From NCBI GenBank assembly GCA_903916195.1, contig CAIWVP010000141.1:27620-91619 (forward strand): a stretch of DNA of 64,000 nucleotides, given 5' to 3'. Each line of letters begins with the position of its first letter. Position 1 is the stretch's first letter. The notes below the pieces were generated by a model. The model did not search any database. It worked only from the letters and a program-made list of their open reading frames with translations, and was not told where the DNA came from. This DNA comes from an uncultured Verrucomicrobiota bacterium (GTDB lineage: Bacteria; Verrucomicrobiota; Verrucomicrobiia; Limisphaerales; UBA9464). A program made the translations under genes and the position numbers. Shown here piece after piece: positions 10,094 to 20,069 of this stretch.

Positions 10094-13000
10094 AGATGGT
10101 CTCGTTGAGGCCGAGCACGACCTGGGCGAAGTCGGCGAACGCCGCGGCATCGGGATCCGGTTTCTGCGCGGCCTGGTAGCGTTCCGTCTGCTGACGGATG
10201 AAGGCGAGGGCGTCGTCGGCCTCGGGTCTCGTGGGCGGCCGGTTCAGCGCGAGCGCGTAGGCGCGGCGGACGCCATCGGACGGCGACGTGCCGGGACCGG
10301 GCGCGAACCTCCGCGCGAAGGCCTCGGCCCACGACCGGACCTGCGGGCTGTTCATCAGCATCAGGGCCTGCGGCGCCACGGTCGTGGCCTGGCGCGAACC
10401 TTGGCTGGCCAGCGGCTCCGGCGCGTCGAAGGCCTGCATGGCCGGGACCATCTGGCTGCGCTTCACGGTGAAGTAGATGCTGCGTCGGCGACTGGCTTGG
10501 TCGAGCGAACCGGGACCGTACATGTTCGTCTCCAGGACGCCCGAGACGCAGAGCAACGTGTCGCGGATCGCCTCCGCCGACAGCCGGGTCGGGATCCGGC
10601 CGGGAGGCTTCCCGGTTGCGTCGGCCTTCATCGGCCCGGACTCTCCGGCCACCCGTCCGCCGGTCGCCGGGACGCGTGCCGGCGCCTGCTGGTACAGCGC
10701 GCTCTCCATCATGAGCCGATGGACCGGCTTGAGCCGCCAGCCGCCGCGGATGAGCTCGGAGGCGAGCCAATCGAGCAGCTCAGGATGGGACGGCTTCGCG
10801 CCCTGGACGCCGAGATCGTTCGGGGTCGCGACGAGACCTTCGCCGAAGTGGTGCTGCCAGAGCCGGTTCACGATCACCCGGGCGAGCAGATGGCCGGCAC
10901 CGGCGTCGGCGTCGGTCATCCAGTTCGCCAAGGTGCGCCGACGTCCCGAGAATCGGGCGCCAGCCGGCGGCTGCCATGCCCAACGGGGATCCGGATCGGC
11001 GCCGCGTCCGACGACCTGGAGGAACCCGGGCGTGGCCACCCCGCGCTTCAGGTCGGTGCTGCCGCGTTGCAGGAAGTGCGTCTCGGGCAGGAAATCGCCG
11101 CCCTGCGTGTGCATCCGGACCGCCGGATAGCCCTCGGCGCAGACGAGCACCTTGGTGAGCGCGGCCTTCGGCGCCCGGCGCGAATGCTCCTCGACCGCTT
11201 CGTGGACCGCGCGCCAGCCGGGATCGGACCGCTTCCACCAACCCAGGAGCGCGGCGTGTCCGGTGGCGGTGAGCGCGGTCCGCGAGGCTCCGGTCCGGCG
11301 CAGCGTGGCGATCGCCGCCGCGACGTCGCCGGGCAGCGCTCCATCGTCGGGAGCCGCATCGGCAGCCGTGGTCACCGAGATCCGCGGACGTCCGATGTTG
11401 TGGCGCGTGTTGAGCGCGAACTCGAGCCGGACCTCGAAACGGGTGCCGCCGTCGGATCCCACCGGCCGCTCGAGATCGAACACCGCCGCGTGGTCCTTTC
11501 CGAACTTCGGGTCCACGGCCCAACCGGTCTTGGGGTCGTCGTCGATGGCGGATGCCGCGGACAACGATGCGGCATCCTGCTGGAAGGTGGCGCGGGCCCG
11601 GACGAGCTTGATCTCGTTCGTCTCGCCGCCGGCCGCCGGCGACACGGACACGCGGACGCGGCTGAGCCCGATGTTCCCGTTGTCGGCGCGCCCGGGGCCT
11701 CCCTGCGGCAAGCTGGGATGCGCGAGCGCCTCCACACGGATCGCGCGGATCCCCGAGGTCCGCGAGACCGCGACGAAGGTGTAGGTGTCCGAATCGCCGT
11801 TCTTCCCCTCGGCGAGATACGAGCCGTCGTCGAGCTTGCGGAAGGTCGTCCCCGCCTTGGACGTCAGACCGACCGGGTCGAGCAGCTCCCAGCGCGAGGC
11901 CGGCATCGTCGCGACGCCGGACGCCTGCCAGGCCTTGAACTTCGCGGGCAGTTCGCGTTCTTCGTACGCTTTCTCGGCGGCGACGAACGGCGCGTGGGCC
12001 TCGTCGAAGGCGAGCTTCGCCCGTCGGGTGACGTCGGGTTGGAGGTCGAGCTCCAGCTCGCTGCGCACGGTCGTGGTGAAGGTCGAGAGCATCCGGTAGT
12101 AATCGCGCGCCGGGATCGGGTCGAACTTGTGGTCGTGGCAGCGCGCGCAGCCGACGGTGAGGCCGAGCATCGCCGTGCCCGTCGTCGCGAGCATGTCGTC
12201 CAGCGCGTCGTAGCGGGTGCGCTCGACCTCGTTGGCGGTGATCTGCGTGGGGAAGACGCCGGCGCCGAGGAATCCCGTCGCCATCAGCGCCAGCGGGTCG
12301 TCGGGCGCGAACTCGTCGCCGGCGATCTGCCAGCGCACGAACTGGTCGTACGGCATGTCCGAGTTCAGCGCCTTGATGACGAAGTCCCGGAAGTGGTACG
12401 CGCCGGGCCGGTCATAGTCGTGCTCGAAGCCCGAGCTCTCGGCGAAACGCGCGACGTCCAGCCAGTGGCGCGCCCAGCGCTCGCCGTGCCGCGGGCTCTC
12501 GAGCAGGCGGTCCACCACCTTCGTCCACGCACCGGGGGAACGGTCGCGCTCGAAGGCCTCGACCTCCTCCGGCGTCGGCGGCAGTCCGAGCAGATCGAAC
12601 GACGCGCGGCGGACCAAGGTACGGCGGTCCGCCGCCGGGACCGGCCTCGCGCCGCGCTCCTTGCCGGCCGCTACCACGTCCACGGCGTTGCCGCGTCCGC
12701 CGCGGGGGCGGGCGTCCACGGCGACCGCAGGTGGACGGAGCGGACGGAACGCCCACCAATCGCGATCGCTCGCGGTGATGCTGCCGCGGTCCTTCTTGGC
12801 CGGCGCCTTGCCCTCGACGAGCGGTGCGTCGTACGGCGCACCGTCGTTGATCCAAGCGGCGAGCTTGCCGATCGCATCGACCGGCAACTTGTCGGCCTTG
12901 GACGGCATGTGCGGCTCTTTGGCGTGCGAGACCAGCTGGAGCAGACGGCTCGACCGGGAGTCGTACAACGTGACGACCGGTCCTTCGGCGCCGCCTTTGA

Positions 13001-13211
13001 CCAGCCCTTCACGCGTGGCGAGATCCAGCTCTCCTTTGGTCTGCTCGCCGCCGTGGCACTTCAGGCAATGCGCGGTCAGCAGCGGACGCACCTGGGTCCG
13101 GAAGGTCTCGAGGCCCCGGGCCAAGCGCTCGGCATGATCGGACGGCAGAGCCGCGGCCGCGACGGACCCGCAGGTCAGCGCGGAAAGGACGAGGAGAACG
13201 GCGAGCTTCAT
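10083..13211 (-). CDS. PSD1/planctomycete cytochrome c protein (PSCyt1 + DUF1549 + DUF1553)
   Basis: Signal peptide, CLKCH heme motif, GERWARHWLDVARFAES, GCARCHDHKFDP, PSHPELLDWLA, TTVAPQAL. Confidence 0.92.
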   Translation of the reverse strand: MKLAVLLVLSALTCGSVAAAALPSDHAERLARGLETFRTQVRPLLTAHCLKCHGGEQTKGELDLATREGLVKGGAEGPVVTLYDSRSSRLLQLVSHAKEPHMPSKADKLPVDAIGKLAAWINDGAPYDAPLVEGKAPAKKDRGSITASDRDWWAFRPLRPPAVAVDARPRGGRGNAVDVVAAGKERGARPVPAADRRTLVRRASFDLLGLPPTPEEVEAFERDRSPGAWTKVVDRLLESPRHGERWARHWLDVARFAESSGFEHDYDRPGAYHFRDFVIKALNSDMPYDQFVRWQIAGDEFAPDDPLALMATGFLGAGVFPTQITANEVERTRYDALDDMLATTGTAMLGLTVGCARCHDHKFDPIPARDYYRMLSTFTTTVRSELELDLQPDVTRRAKLAFDEAHAPFVAAEKAYEERELPAKFKAWQASGVATMPASRWELLDPVGLTSKAGTTFRKLDDGSYLAEGKNGDSDTYTFVAVSRTSGIRAIRVEALAHPSLPQGGPGRADNGNIGLSRVRVSVSPAAGGETNEIKLVRARATFQQDAASLSAASAIDDDPKTGWAVDPKFGKDHAAVFDLERPVGSDGGTRFEVRLEFALNTRHNIGRPRISVTTAADAAPDDGALPGDVAAAIATLRRTGASRTALTATGHAALLGWWKRSDPGWRAVHEAVEEHSRRAPKAALTKVLVCAEGYPAVRMHTQGGDFLPETHFLQRGSTDLKRGVATPGFLQVVGRGADPDPRWAWQPPAGARFSGRRRTLANWMTDADAGAGHLLARVIVNRLWQHHFGEGLVATPNDLGVQGAKPSHPELLDWLASELIRGGWRLKPVHRLMMESALYQQAPARVPATGGRVAGESGPMKADATGKPPGRIPTRLSAEAIRDTLLCVSGVLETNMYGPGSLDQASRRRSIYFTVKRSQMVPAMQAFDAPEPLASQGSRQATTVAPQALMLMNSPQVRSWAEAFARRFAPGPGTSPSDGVRRAYALALNRPPTRPEADDALAFIRQQTERYQAAQKPDPDAAAFADFAQVVLGLNETIYVE

Positions 13212-13240
13212 CGCGGATGCGGGCAGGGATGCGTTCCGGT

Positions 13241-14656
13241 TCAGGCGAGGATGCCTTTGACGACCTGGCCGGCCACGTCGGTGAGCCGGTAATCGCGGCC
13301 GGTGTGGCGATAGGTGTGGCGTTCGTGGTCGAGGCCCATGAGATGGAGGATGGTCGCGTGGAAGTCGTGCACATGGACCTCGTCGCGTCCGACGCGGATG
13401 CCGTGGTCGTCGGACGCCCCGTACACCGTGCCGGCCCGGACGCCGGCACCGGCGAGCCACGAGGAGAAGACCCAGTGATGATGCTCGCGGCCCTTGTGGT
13501 CGGCGGTGGCGTTGAAGGGCGTGCGGCCGAACTCGGTGGTCCACACGACGAGCGTGTCGTCCAACATGCCGCGTTGCTTGAGGTCGCGCAGCAGCCCCGC
13601 GACGGCCTGGTCCACGTTCTTGGCCAGCGGGACGTGCGTCATCATGTCGCCGTGGGCGTCCCAGTTGTCGGACGACCCGACGTCGATCAGCTCGACGAAG
13701 CGCACGCCGCGTTCCGCGAGCCGGCGGGCGACGAGGCATTGCCAGGCGAAGCCCTTGGTGCTGCCCCGTTCCAGGCCGTAGAGCGCGAGAGTGGCGTCGC
13801 TCTCGCGGGACAGGTCGAAGACGTCGGGCAGCTCCATCTGCATCCCGAAGGCGGTCTCGAAGGACTTCATGCGCGCTTCGAGCAGCGGGTCGCCGGCGCG
13901 GCGGGCGAGATGCCGGCGGTCCATCGCCGCCATCGCCCCGAGCTCCAGCTCCTGCAGCAGCCCGCTGGAGGCGCGGCGCCGGAGGTTGGCGACCGGTTCC
14001 GCGCCCGGCACCACGAGCGTGCCTTGATGCGCGCCGGGCAGGAAGTCGCTCGCCCAGACCTGGCCGCCGGCGTAGGGCGTCTTGGGCGCGATGACCACGA
14101 AGGACGGGAGGTTGCGGTTCTCCGTGCCGAGACCGTAGCTGACCCACGAGCCGATGCTCGGCCGGCCGAAGGTGAACGACCCGGTGTGCATGCCGAGCGT
14201 CGCCTCGTAGTGGTTCGTGTGGTCCGACCGCATCGAGCGGATGACGCAGAGGTCGTCCACGCAGCCGGCCATGTGGGGGAAGAGGGCGCTGACCTCCGTG
14301 CCGCAGCGGCCGTGCGGCGCGAAATCCCACTGCGGCCGCTTGGCGAACATCTTGAAGTCGCCCTTGCGCCCCTGGAACTCGTCCACCGCCACCGTCTTGC
14401 CCGCGTCGGCGAAGAGCCTCGGCTTCGGGTCCCACGAGTCCACGTGCGAGACCCCGCCGCTCATGTAGAGGAAGATCACGCGCTTCGCCTTGGGAGCGAA
14501 ATGCGGCGCGCGCGGCAGCAGCGGGTCCGCCGCGGCGGCCGTTCCGCCGTCCTGCGCCAAGAGCTCGGCGACGAGCCCGGGGAACATCGCGGATCCGCCG
14601 ACGAGCGATCGTAGGAATCCGCGGCGGGAAGGAGCGAAGGCGGGATACGTTTTCAT
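13241..14656 (-). CDS. DUF1501 family (sulfatase-like) protein, probable Tat substrate
   Basis: SRRGFL Tat motif, VIFLYMSGGVSHVDSWDPKP, WDAH, WTTEFGRTP, RLTDVAG. Confidence 0.92.
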   Translation of the reverse strand: MKTYPAFAPSRRGFLRSLVGGSAMFPGLVAELLAQDGGTAAAADPLLPRAPHFAPKAKRVIFLYMSGGVSHVDSWDPKPRLFADAGKTVAVDEFQGRKGDFKMFAKRPQWDFAPHGRCGTEVSALFPHMAGCVDDLCVIRSMRSDHTNHYEATLGMHTGSFTFGRPSIGSWVSYGLGTENRNLPSFVVIAPKTPYAGGQVWASDFLPGAHQGTLVVPGAEPVANLRRRASSGLLQELELGAMAAMDRRHLARRAGDPLLEARMKSFETAFGMQMELPDVFDLSRESDATLALYGLERGSTKGFAWQCLVARRLAERGVRFVELIDVGSSDNWDAHGDMMTHVPLAKNVDQAVAGLLRDLKQRGMLDDTLVVWTTEFGRTPFNATADHKGREHHHWVFSSWLAGAGVRAGTVYGASDDHGIRVGRDEVHVHDFHATILHLMGLDHERHTYRHTGRDYRLTDVAGQVVKGILA

Positions 14657-14663
14657 GGCGCCA

Positions 14664-17498
14664 TCAATCGACCGTGAGGAATTCGTTGCTGCCGGCCAGC
14701 ACGCGGACGAGCGCTGCCAACGCTTCGGCGGTGGCAGCGCCCTTGCCGGCCGCGGTCGTCCCGGACCGGTAGGCCGCGAGGAACTCCGCGCCCTCGCTGC
14801 GCTCCGTGCCGTCGGGATCGCGGCCGAGCACCGACCGGTAGACGACGACGACCTGCCGGGACTCGTCCGCGACGGCCGCCAGGGTGCGGTCGGCGAGCAG
14901 GCGCGAGTTCGCATGGACGAACGGGTCGTTGAGGAAGAACAGCGCCTGCGTCGGGACGGTCGTGGTCCGGCGCTCCGCGGTGCTGGCGTTCGGGTCCGCG
15001 CCGTCGAACAGCGCCAGGAACGGATGCCGCCGGATCCGCTGCGTCATCAGATAGACGCTGCGGCGGCCATGTTCGTAGACGGCGTTGAAGGGGCCGTGCT
15101 GCGTGAAGCCCCACGAGGTCGGCGCGGGGAACGGATGTCCGAGGCCGGGCGAAGGGTCGAGCGTCCCGCAGGCCTTGAGGACCGCGTCGCGCGTCTCCTC
15201 GGCACCGAGGCGACGCCGCGGGAACGGCGACAGGTCTTCCCCGCCGCCCTCCGCCACGCCATCGGTCGGCGAACGGGAGGACGGGATGGAGGTCGCGACC
15301 GGGCAATCGTCCGTCGCGGTGGTGCCGGCCGTCTTCGGGGCACCCAAGGCGGTCGTGGAGCGGCTCTGCTGCTGGTAGACGGCGCTCGCCATGATGAGCC
15401 GGTGCATCGCCTTGATCGACCAACCGCTCTTCACGAAGGCCGTCGCCAGATGGTCGAGCAGCTCCGGATGCGTCGGAGGGCGGCCACGGATCCCGAAGTC
15501 GTTGGGCGTCCGCACGAGACCTTCGCCGAAGTGGTATCGCCAGATGCGGTTGATCATCACCCGCGCGGTGAGCGGGTTCTCGGGACGTGTCAGCCAACGG
15601 GCGAGTTCCAGGCGTCCGCTGCCCGTCGGGGCCCCGTTGCCGGACGCGAACGGACCGCCGCCGAGCACGGCAAGAGCGCCGCGCGGCACCGCCTCGCCCA
15701 GGCGGTCCGGCTCGCCGCGGAGCTGGATGCGCGCATCACGCGGCGTGCCTTCGCTCACCGCGTAGGCCAGCTCGAACGGCCCGTCGGCCAGCAACGTCTC
15801 GAGCTCTTTCCGCGCCCGCTCGCCTTCGGCTTTGAGGCCGGCCGGGTCGACCGGAGCCCGAGCGATCCCGCCATCGGCCACGGCGGCAAACGGGGTGGAA
15901 ACCGGCGGGATCGGCGCGGTCTGCACGCCCAGGTTGTCCCAAGCCAGCGCGCAATGCGCCGAGGCCTCCGGTCGCGGCCCCTCGATCCCGACGCATCCCA
16001 GCCCGCGCGTCGCATTCGTCACGAAGGGGCGCGACGCGATCTCGGTGAGGTCACCCGGCCGGCCGATCCGGCCCGACACCGTGCCGGCTGCTGGATCGAG
16101 GGTGAGCTGCAGGTTGTTCCATTCCTTCGGCTTCAGCGCGCGCAGCGGTTCGCTCCGGTCGCCGATCCGGAGCGACGCGCCTTCCGATGAGATCAGGACC
16201 TCGATCACGTGGCCGGCCCCGGTGGCCGCGGACGTGAGCGGGCCGATCCAGAAGACGTGCGGCTGCTCCGGTCCCGCAGGCGAGGCCTCGGTCCGGAAGT
16301 CGAGGTTCACCTCCAGCTTCTCGCCGGGAAGCGATGCCAGCTTGGCCGGCAAGGACTGGACCAACCGATAGCTCCCGGTGCCGGCCGCGACGCTCGCGCC
16401 GACCTTGCCGAGCGGGAAGAGATTTTTGAACGGGCTCTGCGCCTCCGTGGTGACGGCGATCGCTCCTTCGTAGACCCATGGCGGCACGAGCACGCCCTTG
16501 CTGCCGCCGGCCGCGGGCGCCTGCATCTCGAAGTCGCCGTCCATCTCGTCCAGCGACCGGAGCACGGCGGACGGCGGGGACATCTTGGCCCGCTCCATCA
16601 CGGCCACGAGCGAGGCGACGCGCGCCTCGAACGCGCGCCACTTCGGACGCGATTCCTCGGGCGGCGACAACGGCACGAGCGCGCGGCTCCGCTGTTTCTG
16701 CTCGGAGCCGGGGAACGCGTAGCGCGTGCTCTCGAAGATGCCATAGAGCGCGTAGTAGTCGCGCATCGGCACCGGATCGAACTTGTGGTCGTGGCACCGC
16801 GCGCAACCGAGCGTCAGCCCGAGCACGCTCTGCCCGAGGGTGTCGATGGTGTCCTGGAGCGTGAGGTGGTGGTAGTTCTCCGAGTCGAACCCGAAGCGCC
16901 GCGAGATCGCCAAGAATCCGGTCGCGGTGACGCGTTCGGCGTAGCGCGACCGGGGGCCGTCCTTGGCGAGGATGTCGCCGGCGATCTGCTCCTGGAGGAA
17001 CTCGTCGTACGGCTTGTCGGCGTTGAAGGCGTCGATGACGTAGTTGCGGTAGCGCCATGCGACGGGCACCGGATAATCCGCGGTCTCGCCCGCCGTGTCG
17101 GCGTAGCGGACGACGTCGAGCCAATGGCGACCCCAGCGCTCGCCGTAGGCCGAGGAACCGAGCAGACGGTCCACCACCTTGGCAAAGGCGTCCGGCGACG
17201 GATCGGCGACGAAGGCATCGGTCTCGGCCGCGGTCGGCGGGAGCCCGGTGAGGTCGAACGTGGCGCGGCGGAGCAATGCGCGACGGTCGGCGGCCGGCGC
17301 GGGTTTCCGGTGGTCCGCTTCGAGACGCGACAAGACGAAGTCGTCGATGCGCGTCCGGCTCCATGCGGTGTCCACGACCCTCGGCGACGCGGGATCACGG
17401 ACGGGCTGGAATGCCCAATGCGGAGCCTTCGGACCGGCCGCGTCCACGCGCAGCAACGACCCGATCAAGAGAACCACGCTGATGTGCCAGTTCCTCAT
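14664..17498 (-). CDS. DUF1549/DUF1553 (PSD1) protein lacking the N-terminal cytochrome c domain
   Basis: Signal peptide directly followed by HWAFQP, GERWGRHWLDVVRYADT, GCARCHDHKFDP, PTHPELLDHLA, TTVPTQAL. Confidence 0.9.
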   Translation of the reverse strand: MRNWHISVVLLIGSLLRVDAAGPKAPHWAFQPVRDPASPRVVDTAWSRTRIDDFVLSRLEADHRKPAPAADRRALLRRATFDLTGLPPTAAETDAFVADPSPDAFAKVVDRLLGSSAYGERWGRHWLDVVRYADTAGETADYPVPVAWRYRNYVIDAFNADKPYDEFLQEQIAGDILAKDGPRSRYAERVTATGFLAISRRFGFDSENYHHLTLQDTIDTLGQSVLGLTLGCARCHDHKFDPVPMRDYYALYGIFESTRYAFPGSEQKQRSRALVPLSPPEESRPKWRAFEARVASLVAVMERAKMSPPSAVLRSLDEMDGDFEMQAPAAGGSKGVLVPPWVYEGAIAVTTEAQSPFKNLFPLGKVGASVAAGTGSYRLVQSLPAKLASLPGEKLEVNLDFRTEASPAGPEQPHVFWIGPLTSAATGAGHVIEVLISSEGASLRIGDRSEPLRALKPKEWNNLQLTLDPAAGTVSGRIGRPGDLTEIASRPFVTNATRGLGCVGIEGPRPEASAHCALAWDNLGVQTAPIPPVSTPFAAVADGGIARAPVDPAGLKAEGERARKELETLLADGPFELAYAVSEGTPRDARIQLRGEPDRLGEAVPRGALAVLGGGPFASGNGAPTGSGRLELARWLTRPENPLTARVMINRIWRYHFGEGLVRTPNDFGIRGRPPTHPELLDHLATAFVKSGWSIKAMHRLIMASAVYQQQSRSTTALGAPKTAGTTATDDCPVATSIPSSRSPTDGVAEGGGEDLSPFPRRRLGAEETRDAVLKACGTLDPSPGLGHPFPAPTSWGFTQHGPFNAVYEHGRRSVYLMTQRIRRHPFLALFDGADPNASTAERRTTTVPTQALFFLNDPFVHANSRLLADRTLAAVADESRQVVVVYRSVLGRDPDGTERSEGAEFLAAYRSGTTAAGKGAATAEALAALVRVLAGSNEFLTVD

Positions 17499-17638
17499 GT
17501 GGTTGGATCCGCCGGAAACTGCCATGCGGTTCGACCAGCAGGAAGCGTTAGGTTGGACCGGTTGCGATCCCGGCCGGCGACCTCCGCGATCCACGGCGCC
17601 GGATCCTTGCGTGACGTCCACCGGAGATCTGCTAACCA

Positions 17639-18547
17639 ATGCGTGTGACCTCCCTCCGCTTTGCCGCCGGCCTCGCCGCGGCGCTCGCCATCGGGCTGCC
17701 GATCGCCTCGGCCGCCGAACGGCTCTTCGTCTCCACCGCGTTGACCTCCGGCGATTTCACCGGTGGCATCGAAGGACCCGCCTGCGACCGCGCCGGGAAC
17801 ATCTACTGCGTCAGCTTCCGCGAGGCCCGCAACATCGCCCGCGTGACATCGGATGGACGCGCCGAGCTGTTCCTCGCCTTGCCGGAGAAGAGCGCGGGCA
17901 ACGGGATCCGGTTCGATGCGGCCGGGACGATGTTCATCGCCGACCACACCGGCCACAACGTCTTCCGCGTCGACATGAAGACCCGGGCGGCGACCGTCTT
18001 CGCCCACGACGACGCGATGAACCAGCCCAACGACCTGGCCATCGCGACGGACGGCACGCTCTACGCCAGCGACCCCGATTGGAAACACGGCACCGGGCAG
18101 CTCTGGCGGATCGGCACCGACGGCAAGACGCATCGCGAGGCCGCGGACATGGGCACGACCAACGGCATCGAGGTCAGCCCCGACGGCAAGACCGTCTACG
18201 TGAACGAGAGCGTGCAGCGGAACTTGTGGGCCTTCGACCGGTCGGCGGACGGCTCGCTCAAAGGCAAGCGCCTGCTCCGCCGGTTCGAGGACCACGGGTT
18301 CGACGGCATGCGCTGTGACGTGGACGGGGACCTCTACATCACCCGGCCCGGCAAAGGCACGGTGGTGAAGGTCTCGCCCAAGGGCGATGTGCTCCGCGAG
18401 ATCGACGTGCTCGGGGAGCACCCGACCAACATCTGCTTCGGCGGCGACGACGGCCGCACCGCGTATGTGACCGAGGCGAAGACCAAGCGGTTGGTCCGGT
18501 TCCGCGTGGACCGACCGGGCTTGGAATGGGCCCGGATACATCCCTGA
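17639..18547 (+). CDS. SMP-30/gluconolactonase/LRE family beta-propeller, secreted
   Basis: Signal peptide, IEGP, PNDL, NGI..SPDG, DGMRCD..G.LY, TN.CFGG. Confidence 0.9.
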   Translation: MRVTSLRFAAGLAAALAIGLPIASAAERLFVSTALTSGDFTGGIEGPACDRAGNIYCVSFREARNIARVTSDGRAELFLALPEKSAGNGIRFDAAGTMFIADHTGHNVFRVDMKTRAATVFAHDDAMNQPNDLAIATDGTLYASDPDWKHGTGQLWRIGTDGKTHREAADMGTTNGIEVSPDGKTVYVNESVQRNLWAFDRSADGSLKGKRLLRRFEDHGFDGMRCDVDGDLYITRPGKGTVVKVSPKGDVLREIDVLGEHPTNICFGGDDGRTAYVTEAKTKRLVRFRVDRPGLEWARIHP

Positions 18548-18548
18548 T

Positions 18549-19454
18549 ATGCGATTCGTGAGCTGCGATTGGGGGACGACGCACTTCCGCCTGCGCTGGG
18601 CCGGTGGCACGGACGCTGTCGCCGAGGTCCGCACCGACGAAGGCGCGGCGAAACTGGCCGCCGCCGGCGGCGACCGCGCGGCGATGTTCCGCGAGACCTT
18701 GGCCCGCGGCCTCGAACAGTTGGGCGCGCCGGCGGACATGCCCGTGGTCGTCTCGGGAATGGCGAGTTCGACCATCGGATGGCGCGAGCTGCCGTACGCG
18801 CGGCTGCCGTTCGCGCTCGATGGACGCGATGTCGTCTCGTGCTGCCTCGACGGACGGGTCCACCTGGTCTCCGGTGTGCGCGGCGAACGCGACATCATGC
18901 GCGGCGAGGAGACGCAGGCGCTGGGGCTGGCTACCTCGCTCGGCGCGGCCCTGCCGGCAGAAGCGACCTTCCTGTTGCCGGGCACGCATTCCAAGCACCT
19001 GGAAGTCCGCGACGGAGCGGTCACCGGGCTGACCACCTGGATGACCGGTGAGCTGTTCGACGTGCTCACCCGCCACAGCGTGCTGCGGCACACGACCGAT
19101 GCCAAGGCTCCGACCGACCGGGAAGGTTTCGTCGAAGGAGTCGATGCGGCGCGCGGAGGTCATCTGACCGCGATGCTGTTCCAAGCGAGGACGCGACAGG
19201 TCCTGGACCAGCGCAGTCCCGCCTCGAACGCCGGCTTCCTCAGCGGATTGCTCATCGGTGCGGAACTCGCGGGGTTGTCCCGCGACGGACGCCCGGTCGT
19301 CCTCGCCGCGGGGCCGCCGCTCAGCGAGGCGTACGCGCTCGCCGCCCAGGTGCTGGGCTTCGGCGACCGCATGAGGATCGTCGCCTCGGGCCCGCTCTCC
19401 GCTATCGGGCAGGCAGTGGTGCTGCGCCGGTTGCAGGGCGGTGTCCGCGCCTGA
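18549..19454 (+). CDS. dgoK: 2-dehydro-3-deoxygalactonokinase
   Basis: CDWGTT.FRL, GMASS..GW.E.PY, DIMRGEETQ, LPGTHSKH, MTGELF, LSGLLIG.E. Confidence 0.9.
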   Translation: MRFVSCDWGTTHFRLRWAGGTDAVAEVRTDEGAAKLAAAGGDRAAMFRETLARGLEQLGAPADMPVVVSGMASSTIGWRELPYARLPFALDGRDVVSCCLDGRVHLVSGVRGERDIMRGEETQALGLATSLGAALPAEATFLLPGTHSKHLEVRDGAVTGLTTWMTGELFDVLTRHSVLRHTTDAKAPTDREGFVEGVDAARGGHLTAMLFQARTRQVLDQRSPASNAGFLSGLLIGAELAGLSRDGRPVVLAAGPPLSEAYALAAQVLGFGDRMRIVASGPLSAIGQAVVLRRLQGGVRA

Positions 19455-19515
19455 CCGCGGACGGATCGCAGCCGTCCCCTGCGGATGTCCTACCCCCGCG
19501 GCGAGGATCACGCCC

Positions 19516-19743
19516 ATGATGTTGAACCTGCTGTTCCGTAGGAGCCCCGACTTCGGGGCCGAAGTGATCGTGCGTATCGGCGAAGCGCGTCTGCTGCACC
19601 TGGCGAGCGGCCTCTACGAGTTGAGGGGCGGGACCTGGCACGACCGGCAAGCCGTGAAGGAATGGGCGAGCCTGTTCCACCAAGAAGCCGTCTGGGATGC
19701 TGGTGCGACGCTGCGGTGGGTTGGTGCCCCGACCAGGAATTGA
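19516..19743 (+). CDS. Small hypothetical protein (GEARL...G.YEL.GG...DR....EW.SLF)
   Basis: 75-aa ORF with coding-like codon usage; 3' end overlaps the tRNA-Arg(CCT) antisense. Confidence 0.55.
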   Translation: MMLNLLFRRSPDFGAEVIVRIGEARLLHLASGLYELRGGTWHDRQAVKEWASLFHQEAVWDAGATLRWVGAPTRN

Positions 19744-19797
19744 ACCTGGATATGTCGTTTAGGAAACGACTGCTCTATCCATTTGAGCTATCGGGGC
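19722..19797 (-). tRNA. tRNA-Arg(CCT)
   Basis: Acceptor GCCCCGA/TCGGGGC, anticodon stem GTCGT/ACGAC with loop TTCCTAA, T-arm CCAGG-TTCAATT-CCTGG, encoded CCA; 76 nt. Confidence 0.97.
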
Positions 19798-20033
19798 CAA
19801 CCGTGCGGACGAGGAGCCGCCTCGGCTCCCTCCGGGGCAGCTACTACGGACTAGTGGAAGTTCCCGGCAAGGAGATTCTCCCTCGTCGACCGCTGGCCGC
19901 GCGTAGGGGGTCCCGTTCCAAGGGCGGTTCTCGTCCGGGCCTCGGCGACCGGGCGGGTTCTGGCTCGAAGGTCTGGAACAACCCGTCGGCAAGCGGCCGG
20001 AGCCGGACTCGCTGCCGCATCCGCCCCAGCCGA

Positions 20034-20069
20034 TTGACTCCGACCATGTGTCACCTCATTGTGTCACCT
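20034..20069 (+). promoter_or_regulatory. Sigma70-like promoter with direct-repeat operator for the Phd-VapC operon
   Basis: TTGACT(20034)-N17-CATTGT(20057); TGTGTCACCT repeated at 20047 and 20060. Confidence 0.65.

Noticed and set aside
10083..14435. 1450-aa ORF as a giant fusion
   Set aside because: The upstream part overlaps the DUF1501 gene in another frame; a clear signal-peptide start exists at 13211.
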